64,000 bases of DNA, from the NCBI GenBank assembly GCA_963532255.1, contig CAUSKO010000001.1:8502-72501 (forward strand), read 5' to 3'. Positions 56,980 through 64,000 of the stretch are shown in pieces. A program made the translations under genes and the position numbers. Under the pieces are notes generated by a model. It worked only from the letters and a program-made list of their open reading frames with translations. It searched no databases and was not told the origin of the DNA. How positions within the stretch are numbered: the first letter of the stretch is position 1; each line of letters starts with the position of its first letter. Source of the stretch: an uncultured Gemella sp. (GTDB lineage: Bacteria; Bacillota; Bacilli; Staphylococcales; Gemellaceae).

Positions 56980-58614
56980 TTATAGATTTCCTTGGATTTC
57001 TTTTTCCAAAACATTTCTTGCGTGTTCACATATACGTGTAAAATGTTGAATAAGATCCATATAAACAACACCCGCAGAAATTTCACATTCTCCATCTTTC
57101 ATACGCTGTGTATGTTTTTTACGTGCTTTTTTCTCTAATTCGTAAATATTTTCGCAAGATGCTAATGCTGCTCCAGCAATTGCAATATTGTTTTCTTGCA
57201 ATGATTGAATAGTTTTTTCTATAATACCATTTGATAAATCATACATCTCTTGTACTTCAGCTTTTGCATCATCTGAGAATTTAACTTTCTTTTTCAATTG
57301 ATAATTAACTGAAGCGACAATATCACGAGCATGGTCACCTATACGTTCTATATCACGCGTACCATCTAATAATATCGATGCTGTTAAACCTTCTTTAGGA
57401 CTTAATTTCTCCCTAAATAGAAGTGTCAGATAATTAGTCATCTCTTCATCAAATGTGTTGATTGCATCTTCTAATATTTCAGCTTTCTCATTATACTGTT
57501 CATCTCTAGTCATAAAATAATCAACTGAGTTTTTCAAGCTTTTTTTAGATAGTGTTAACATTTCAACAAATTCTTTTTCTACTTGTCCTAATGCTACCGC
57601 AGGTGCACTAGCGATTAGTGATTGATCAAGATATTGTGTAGTGTATTTAATTTGCTCATCTTCACCTGGAATAATCTTGGTAATAATTTTAACTAGCAGC
57701 CAAATAAATGGAAACTGTAAAACTGTATTAAAGATATTAAATGTACCATGACCAAACGCAATAACCATTTTTGGCTCTAAACCAAGTTTAGCTTCTACTA
57801 GTTCTATAAATGAAATATATGGTTGTAATAAAATTAAACATATTATTGTACCCACAATATTAAAAATCACGTGAGATATAGCAACACGTTTAGCAGCAAT
57901 ATTAGTACCTACAATAGCTAGTGCTGCTGTTGTAATAGCAGTACCAATATTATCCCCAAAGATTACTGGAATAGCTCCATGTAAATTAAGTGCCTGTTCT
58001 GCGTATAAGTTCTGTACAATCGCAATTGTTGCCGCAGATGATTGAATTAAAACTGTTAAAAATGTACCTACACCAACTCCTACCCATGCACTATCATCGA
58101 TATGAGTTAAAATCGTTTGGAACCAGTCCATTGTTTTTAAAGGCCCCATGGCTGTAGACATCATTTTTAAAGAGTAGAAAATTCCACCAAATCCAAAAAT
58201 AACACGTCCAATATTATTAACTAATTTAGCTCTTGTAAAGAATAAAAACGCTGCTCCTAAAAATATAAGTGGTAATGAATATTGCGATACGTTAAAACCT
58301 ATAATAAATGACGTTAATGTTGTTCCAATATTAGAACCCATAACAATCGCAATAGCTTGTTTAGTTTTTAATAAACCAGCACCTACCAAACTTACTGTAA
58401 TAACAATAGTACCTGTACTAGATTGAATTAATATAGTTACTATAATCCCAGCGAGTAATGCCATTAGAGGTTTAGAAGTATATTTATCTAAGACATAACG
58501 CATTTTATCCCCCGCTATTAATTGTAGACCGTCACCCATGTACTTAATACTAAATAAGAACAGACCTAGTCCACCTAAAAAAGAAAATAAAATTTCTTGT
58601 CCTAATGCTGACAT
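56980..58614 (-). CDS. Na+/phosphate cotransporter with PhoU-like C-terminus
   Basis: Two QSS repeats, GSNIGTT, DIERIGDH. Confidence 0.9.
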   Translation of the reverse strand: MSALGQEILFSFLGGLGLFLFSIKYMGDGLQLIAGDKMRYVLDKYTSKPLMALLAGIIVTILIQSSTGTIVITVSLVGAGLLKTKQAIAIVMGSNIGTTLTSFIIGFNVSQYSLPLIFLGAAFLFFTRAKLVNNIGRVIFGFGGIFYSLKMMSTAMGPLKTMDWFQTILTHIDDSAWVGVGVGTFLTVLIQSSAATIAIVQNLYAEQALNLHGAIPVIFGDNIGTAITTAALAIVGTNIAAKRVAISHVIFNIVGTIICLILLQPYISFIELVEAKLGLEPKMVIAFGHGTFNIFNTVLQFPFIWLLVKIITKIIPGEDEQIKYTTQYLDQSLIASAPAVALGQVEKEFVEMLTLSKKSLKNSVDYFMTRDEQYNEKAEILEDAINTFDEEMTNYLTLLFREKLSPKEGLTASILLDGTRDIERIGDHARDIVASVNYQLKKKVKFSDDAKAEVQEMYDLSNGIIEKTIQSLQENNIAIAGAALASCENIYELEKKARKKHTQRMKDGECEISAGVVYMDLIQHFTRICEHARNVLEKEIQGNL

Positions 58615-58794
58615 TTTTCTCCTCCTGAAAATGTATATGTGCAATGTCAAATGCACAAATTGAGTTTAACATATATAAATAAAAATTACAACTATATATA
58701 ATATTAAAATACTGTTACAAAACAAGAAAATATATTTGTATTTTTACCTAAAAAATATCCATAGTAAAAATTTACTATGGATATTTTTATTTTA

Positions 58795-59079
58795 CTATGC
58801 TTGTGGATATACAGAAACTTTTTTACGGCTACGTCCGTATCTTTCGAAACGTACAACACCATCAACTAGTGAAAATAGTGTATCATCTCCACCTTTTCCT
58901 ACGTTAGTTCCTGGCCAAATTTTAGTTCCACGTTGTCTGTAAAGTATAGAACCTGCAGTTACGTACTGACCATCAGCTCTTTTAGCACCTAAACGTTTTG
59001 ATTCAGAGTCACGTCCGTTTTTAGTAGAACCTACCCCTTTTTTAGATGCGAAGAATTGTAAATTTAATTTTAACATCAT
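58795..59079 (-). CDS. rpmA: Ribosomal protein bL27 with cleavable N-terminal extension
   Basis: [21 protein letters not shown]. Confidence 0.97.
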   Translation of the reverse strand: MMLKLNLQFFASKKGVGSTKNGRDSESKRLGAKRADGQYVTAGSILYRQRGTKIWPGTNVGKGGDDTLFSLVDGVVRFERYGRSRKKVSVYPQA

Positions 59080-59081
59080 CT

Positions 59082-59411
59082 CTAGTTCACCTCTCTTGTT
59101 TCAATAGTTATATATTCTGAATAATTTTCTTCAATTGTTTGTAATGCAATAAGCATTGCATTAAGTAGAAGTTGTTCTTTTTCTGTAGATTTAAGTGATC
59201 TATATGTTAAATGTCCTGTTTCATCTTCATTTGCTGAAATATCAAACTGAACATTGTCATCTAACACATCTACTGAATTAATTAATCCAAACACCACTGC
59301 AGATACCCCTGCACATACTATATCCGAACCATGTTCAGCAAAATCTGCGTGACCATCTACTGTGACTTGTTTAATATTATCAACTTCTTTTATAATTTCC
59401 ACCTTAATCAT
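59082..59411 (-). CDS. prp: Ribosomal-processing cysteine protease Prp
   Basis: GHA...DIVCAGVS; lies between rplU and rpmA. Confidence 0.93.
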   Translation of the reverse strand: MIKVEIIKEVDNIKQVTVDGHADFAEHGSDIVCAGVSAVVFGLINSVDVLDDNVQFDISANEDETGHLTYRSLKSTEKEQLLLNAMLIALQTIEENYSEYITIETREVN

Positions 59412-59413
59412 GA

Positions 59414-59722
59414 TTAAGCGTTAATTTTTTCAACTACTAATTTAGTGAAAGGTTGACGATGACCTAATTTACGGTGATTGTTCTTTTTAGGTTTGTATTT
59501 AAATACTGTGATTTTTTTACCTTTACCTTGAGCAACTACTTTAGCTGTTACTGTCGCACCAGCTACTAAAGGAGCACCAACTTTTGTTGTTTCTCCACCT
59601 ACTAATACTACTTCGTCAAAAGTAACTGTAGAATCAACTTCAGCTGCTAATTTTTCAACTAAGATTGTTTGTCCTTCTTCAACACGTAGTTGTTTCCCAC
59701 CTGTTTTAATTACTGCGTACAT
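59414..59722 (-). CDS. rplU: Ribosomal protein bL21
   Basis: [18 protein letters not shown]. Confidence 0.97.
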   Translation of the reverse strand: MYAVIKTGGKQLRVEEGQTILVEKLAAEVDSTVTFDEVVLVGGETTKVGAPLVAGATVTAKVVAQGKGKKITVFKYKPKKNNHRKLGHRQPFTKLVVEKINA

Positions 59723-59747
59723 ATCTGCACCTCCTTAAATATTTTTA

Positions 59748-59830
59748 CTAAGACTCGCCATATAAGGTGGATTCCTCACTTTTATACCTTATACGTGCGG
59801 TTGTAGTAGCTATTTTAGGAGCTACTCAAC
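59748..59830 (-). promoter_or_regulatory. L21 leader RNA
   Basis: GTAGC..GCTAC hairpin, then ACAACCGCAC...GGCGAGTC upstream of rplU. Confidence 0.75.
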
Positions 59831-59928
59831 ATTTCAATTCTACCACATCTAACTATTCTCGTCAACTAGTAAAATATCTTTTTTAGACTTTTATCAATTT
59901 TTTTAATATATATTTTATATATTTACAT

Positions 59929-60717
59929 TTAATAAAATTTTAGTGTTTGCTTAATAAAGTCATTAATCTCATTATTATCATATAGTACTTCTTTTAAATA
60001 TAATCCTGCAGCATCTGCTTTAGGACCTGCATAACTTCTTTCTCTTTTATTAAGTATTTCTTGTATATATTCTGGTTCATATTTCCCTGAACCTACTTCT
60101 TGAATTGTACCAATTATAATTCTTACCATATTATATAAAAATCCATTACCAGTAATTTCAAAATTAATTATATTACTATTGTGATTATCACGTTCCATTG
60201 TAAAACTATAAATAGTTCTAACTTTATCTTCTACACTAGTGTTTTTTGAGCAAAATGATGAAAAATCATGTTCTCCTATAAAATATTGTAAAGAATCTTT
60301 AGCTTTTTCAAAGTTAAAATTAAATTTATGTTGCCCTGCATAATGTATCAAAAATGGGTCCATTTCTCTCCCAATATACAATTTATAACTATATGTTTTT
60401 TCAATACTATTATACCTTACATGAAAATCATCGCTAACTATTTTCGCTGATATAATCCTTATATCTTTCGGTATTGTAGCATTTATCGCTTTAATCCAAC
60501 CTTCTATAGGTATATTTAAATCTGTATCAAAGTGTAACACTTGTCCATATGCATGAACTCCACTATCAGTTCTACCACTCATATAGATTCTAATATCTTT
60601 TTTATGAATTTTTCGTAAACTTTTCTCTATTTCTTCTTGTATTGTATTATTGTTTGGTTGTATTTGAAATCCATGGTATTTACTTCCATCATACCTACAT
60701 ATCAAGACTACTCTCAT
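59929..60717 (-). CDS. truA: tRNA pseudouridine(38-40) synthase
   Basis: YDGS.YHGFQ, SGRTDSGVHA, GFLYNMVR. Confidence 0.95.
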   Translation of the reverse strand: MRVVLICRYDGSKYHGFQIQPNNNTIQEEIEKSLRKIHKKDIRIYMSGRTDSGVHAYGQVLHFDTDLNIPIEGWIKAINATIPKDIRIISAKIVSDDFHVRYNSIEKTYSYKLYIGREMDPFLIHYAGQHKFNFNFEKAKDSLQYFIGEHDFSSFCSKNTSVEDKVRTIYSFTMERDNHNSNIINFEITGNGFLYNMVRIIIGTIQEVGSGKYEPEYIQEILNKRERSYAGPKADAAGLYLKEVLYDNNEINDFIKQTLKFY

Positions 60718-60736
60718 TCTTATCACCTATTTAACA

Positions 60737-61426
60737 TTAATATTTTTTTGCTTCTTCCTTAGTCATCCAAAAATGAATACCACCTGTCGAATCATACCAA
60801 CGGTCTTCATTAAAATTCTCTGCATAAACCCATTCTCCAAGTTTATAACAAAAATCTTCTGCAACTGTTGACCAAGCCTCATCATAATACTTTTTATTCT
60901 CAAAATCACTAATTTCTAATACTTTCGCCTTATCACATCTGCAACAATTTCTCGTAGCTGAAACTCTTTTAGCATCTCCTGGTATCAAGAGCTTTATTAA
61001 GCGATTATTCAAAGCTTTCTTATAAGCAAAAAATGCACCTTTTTCAGGACAGTATAATCGAAAAAATTTAGTGTTTTCATTGTAGATTATATTTTCTAGT
61101 TGTGCATCTTCTAGTATAGAAGCATATAAATTAGCTCCACTTATGTTTGAACTTCGCAAATTAGCTCGTCTCATTGAAGCATTTTGCAAATTTGCATTAA
61201 CAAACTTCACTTCTTCTAAATTACAATCATCTAGCAAACTATTCTCAAGATTACTATTTGTAAAATTTACTCCCTTTAAATTTACATTAATAAAATTTGA
61301 ATATGAAAAATCCATATTGCTTAAATCAAAATATTCTAAATTAATATTTTCTAATATTATATTTGAAAAATTTTTATTTCCATGATGTATGCTATCTTTA
61401 AATTGATTTAAACTAATTTTTTTCAT
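60737..61426 (-). CDS. Pentapeptide-repeat protein with DUF5758-like C-terminal domain
   Basis: ANL/SNF 5-residue repeats, then CPEKG..KKA..IP.DAKR.SAT..CRCDKA..GIHFW. Confidence 0.75.
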   Translation of the reverse strand: MKKISLNQFKDSIHHGNKNFSNIILENINLEYFDLSNMDFSYSNFINVNLKGVNFTNSNLENSLLDDCNLEEVKFVNANLQNASMRRANLRSSNISGANLYASILEDAQLENIIYNENTKFFRLYCPEKGAFFAYKKALNNRLIKLLIPGDAKRVSATRNCCRCDKAKVLEISDFENKKYYDEAWSTVAEDFCYKLGEWVYAENFNEDRWYDSTGGIHFWMTKEEAKKY

Positions 61427-61440
61427 AATAAACCCCTATC

Positions 61441-62553
61441 TTATTTTACTTCTTTAAACCAATGCTTTGTATTTACTTTCTCTAAATTATCCAAATCAAT
61501 AACCTCTCCTATCATTGGAGTTAAGACAGATAATTTATACTTCTTATCATTTATTTCTACTAATTCTTTTAATGGCTCATTCCAAGCGTGAGGAGCTAAT
61601 GTAAATTTTGAATTGTGAACAGGAATTAAATATTTTGAACCCAATTCCATACAAACTTTTAATGTTTCTTCCGGAAAGAGATGACTATACTTCCAATTTT
61701 TATTATATTGACCATTTTCAAGTATTGCTAAATCAATAGATCCATATTTTTCTCTAATTTTTTTAAAATGATTTCCATATGAACTATCTCCACCAATATA
61801 TATATTCTTATTATTTGTTCTTAAAATATATGATGACCATAATGTTTTATTAAATTGAAGAAATCTTCCAGAAGCATGTCTTGATGGCACTGAAATTATA
61901 TTAACATCTTCTTCCAAATTAACCTCATCATTCCAATCCAATTCTATTATTTTGTTATTAGGATAGCCCCAATATTCAAAATGTTCACCTACACCAAGTG
62001 GAACAACTACTTTTTTTACTCTATCTTTTAATTTTTTTACAGTAATATAATCTAAGTGATCATAATGATCATGAGATATTATTAAATAATCAATATTTTC
62101 TGGTAATAAATCAACATCATAATAATCTGCACCTTTAAACGCATTACCTGACCCTGGAAAAGGAGAAACCGATCCACTAAATACAGGATCTATTAAGTAT
62201 TTAACTCCAAAACTCTGTATAAGATATGACGAGTGTCCAAACCATACATAATAGTTATCACTATTTTTTGATAATTTTTTTAAATCTGTCTTTATATACG
62301 GAATATCTAATTTAGGTTTTTGGGCTTTATCCGGAGAAAATGCTGTTCCTAGAAGATTAAAAATAGTCGTATCTTCTGGTATTATTGGTGTGTTTTCAAT
62401 ATTATTAAATTGACCATTATAATAATTTCTAGATTTTAATATCTTTTTCTTTCGTTTACTTCTTGGAATTCTGCCGAAAACGGGATGTTGCAAATACCAG
62501 GCACTTAAGGCAATAGTACTACCTAGTATAGTTAATAAAGATCTTTTTTTCAT
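61441..62553 (-). CDS. MBL-fold metallohydrolase (RomA/NAPE-PLD-like)
   Basis: WFGHSS, SHDHYDHLD, GDS, PVH; N-terminal hydrophobic segment. Confidence 0.85.
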   Translation of the reverse strand: MKKRSLLTILGSTIALSAWYLQHPVFGRIPRSKRKKKILKSRNYYNGQFNNIENTPIIPEDTTIFNLLGTAFSPDKAQKPKLDIPYIKTDLKKLSKNSDNYYVWFGHSSYLIQSFGVKYLIDPVFSGSVSPFPGSGNAFKGADYYDVDLLPENIDYLIISHDHYDHLDYITVKKLKDRVKKVVVPLGVGEHFEYWGYPNNKIIELDWNDEVNLEEDVNIISVPSRHASGRFLQFNKTLWSSYILRTNNKNIYIGGDSSYGNHFKKIREKYGSIDLAILENGQYNKNWKYSHLFPEETLKVCMELGSKYLIPVHNSKFTLAPHAWNEPLKELVEINDKKYKLSVLTPMIGEVIDLDNLEKVNTKHWFKEVK

Positions 62554-63084
62554 ATTTCTCTACTCCTAATTATATTACATAGTATAAATTATATCATAAT
62601 TCTTAATAAAAAAGAGTGCATACCACTAAAATTAAGTAATATACACCTTCTTTACTATATTAATTAAAATAATTAATAAACTTCTCTTCCCTTTACTTGT
62701 ATTTGTATAAATAATTCCTGCTTCAAAATATTATATACAAAGTAATAAAAATGAATAAATTAGACCACATCATATTTTGTTAATAATATTTATTATAATA
62801 TATAAAACTAAAATAAAAGGCCACCACTAACTTACATTATTAGTAGACCTATTATACTTAAATACTATATTTATACTGACAATAGAAATAATTGTGCTAA
62901 AATCACAGAATCCTCACAGCCATTAGATTCAATTTTCTATACAAAACTATATCCTATCACCAATATTTTAGTTAATACTAAATTATTCTATAGCAATCAT
63001 ATCAATTTTTTATATAATTTTCAAGTAATATCCTAATTAAATGAGAATCATTCACAACTTAATGCATTAATTTATTTAATTATA

Positions 63085-64000
63085 CTAGCTTAATAGTTTA
63101 ACAATGTCTCTACATATATTTTCTGTACTATTAGGTATATAATTTTTATTCATATTAATTTTAATTAAATCTAGATTATTTCCTTCTAATAAATTATCAA
63201 TATGATTAAGTATATCCGTTGTATTATATGCTATTTTCGCTAACCCATTCTGTTCAAAATATTGAGCATTTTCTCCTTCTTGTCCGGGAACTGGTTTTAA
63301 AAGTATCATAGGAATCTTACTAGCTAACGCTTCAGATATCGTTACTCCTCCAGCCTTAGTAATTAAAATATCTGATGTTTGCATCCATTCTCTCATATTT
63401 TGAGTATACCCTATAATTTTTACATTATCTCTTTCTTTGTATACTCCTTCTAAGTTAAACTTTAACTGTTTATTCTTTCCACAAATAATTACTACTTGTA
63501 CATCTCTATTTTCAGTAATTTTTTCTATCAACCTAGCTAAATTTTTAGTTACACCAAATGCACCTGCGGAAATAAGTATTGTCCTTTTATTAAGCAATAA
63601 AGAGTTTATCTTATACCAATCTTCTTTATCTACTTTCTCATCAAAAGTACTATTTATAGGTATCCCAAAAACTTTAATATTATCAGGGTTAACACCTGCC
63701 CTTACGAATGCTTCTTTAGACTTGACTGTAGAAACATAGTACCTATATGCGTTCTTAGTTAACCAACTCTTATGGTAATAATAATCTGTTACAATGTTAA
63801 TAATTGGAACATTCATATTCCCTAACAATGATAAAGCTGGAGTAGGAAATGTCGAAACAATTATATCTGGTTTTTCATCTTCTACAAGTTTTCTTAAATA
63901 ACTATAACTAAAGTACCTATAAAATGACATGTTTTTTTGTCTTTTTCCCGCATAATACATATAGCCATAAATATCCCTAAAAAATGAAAAACTATACAAA
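63085..64000 (-). CDS. ugtP: Diacylglycerol glucosyltransferase (UgtP/MGDG synthase family), 5'-truncated
   Basis: VTDY, GIPI, TKAGGVTISEA, PGQE. Confidence 0.82.
   Translation of the reverse strand, partial: LYSFSFFRDIYGYMYYAGKRQKNMSFYRYFSYSYLRKLVEDEKPDIIVSTFPTPALSLLGNMNVPIINIVTDYYYHKSWLTKNAYRYYVSTVKSKEAFVRAGVNPDNIKVFGIPINSTFDEKVDKEDWYKINSLLLNKRTILISAGAFGVTKNLARLIEKITENRDVQVVIICGKNKQLKFNLEGVYKERDNVKIIGYTQNMREWMQTSDILITKAGGVTISEALASKIPMILLKPVPGQEGENAQYFEQNGLAKIAYNTTDILNHIDNLLEGNNLDLIKINMNKNYIPNSTENICRDIVKLLS

Noticed and set aside
58795..59722. bL27 N-terminal extension with a protease gene between rplU and rpmA
   Set aside because: This is the known Prp processing system of Firmicutes, not novel.
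60737..62553. Qnr quinolone-resistance and beta-lactamase calls
   Set aside because: The pentapeptide protein has an extra C-terminal domain unlike Qnr, and the MBL-fold protein resembles RomA/NAPE-PLD hydrolases rather than class B beta-lactamases.

Overview
AT-rich, mostly minus-strand core-genome window from a low-GC Firmicute. Gene content and proteins look Gemella-like, which is an inference. It holds about 67 protein-coding genes (gmk-rpoZ, topA, glnRA, groESL, hup-folE, thrS, ecfAAT, uppS-cdsA-rseP, metNIQ, murG, coaD, pnp, rplU-prp-rpmA and others), RNase P RNA, two T-box riboswitches and an L21 leader. No IS, prophage or CRISPR was seen. The main finding is an NADH peroxidase/oxidase gene that the ORF track truncates. 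It really starts at 23881, and its catalytic Cys42 codon is an in-frame TGA followed directly by a bacterial SECIS-like hairpin, making it a candidate selenocysteine (or otherwise UGA-recoded) enzyme. Other points of interest: a TRAP (MtrB) homologue lacking its Trp-binding residues and most RNA-binding residues, an ABC ATPase lacking all catalytic motifs, a CcrZ with an altered Gly-rich loop, a GT2/GT-C/LRR surface cassette, an unannotated 59-aa gene and a possible Fur-box small RNA. All calls come from reading the sequence and recalled family motifs; no database search was run.
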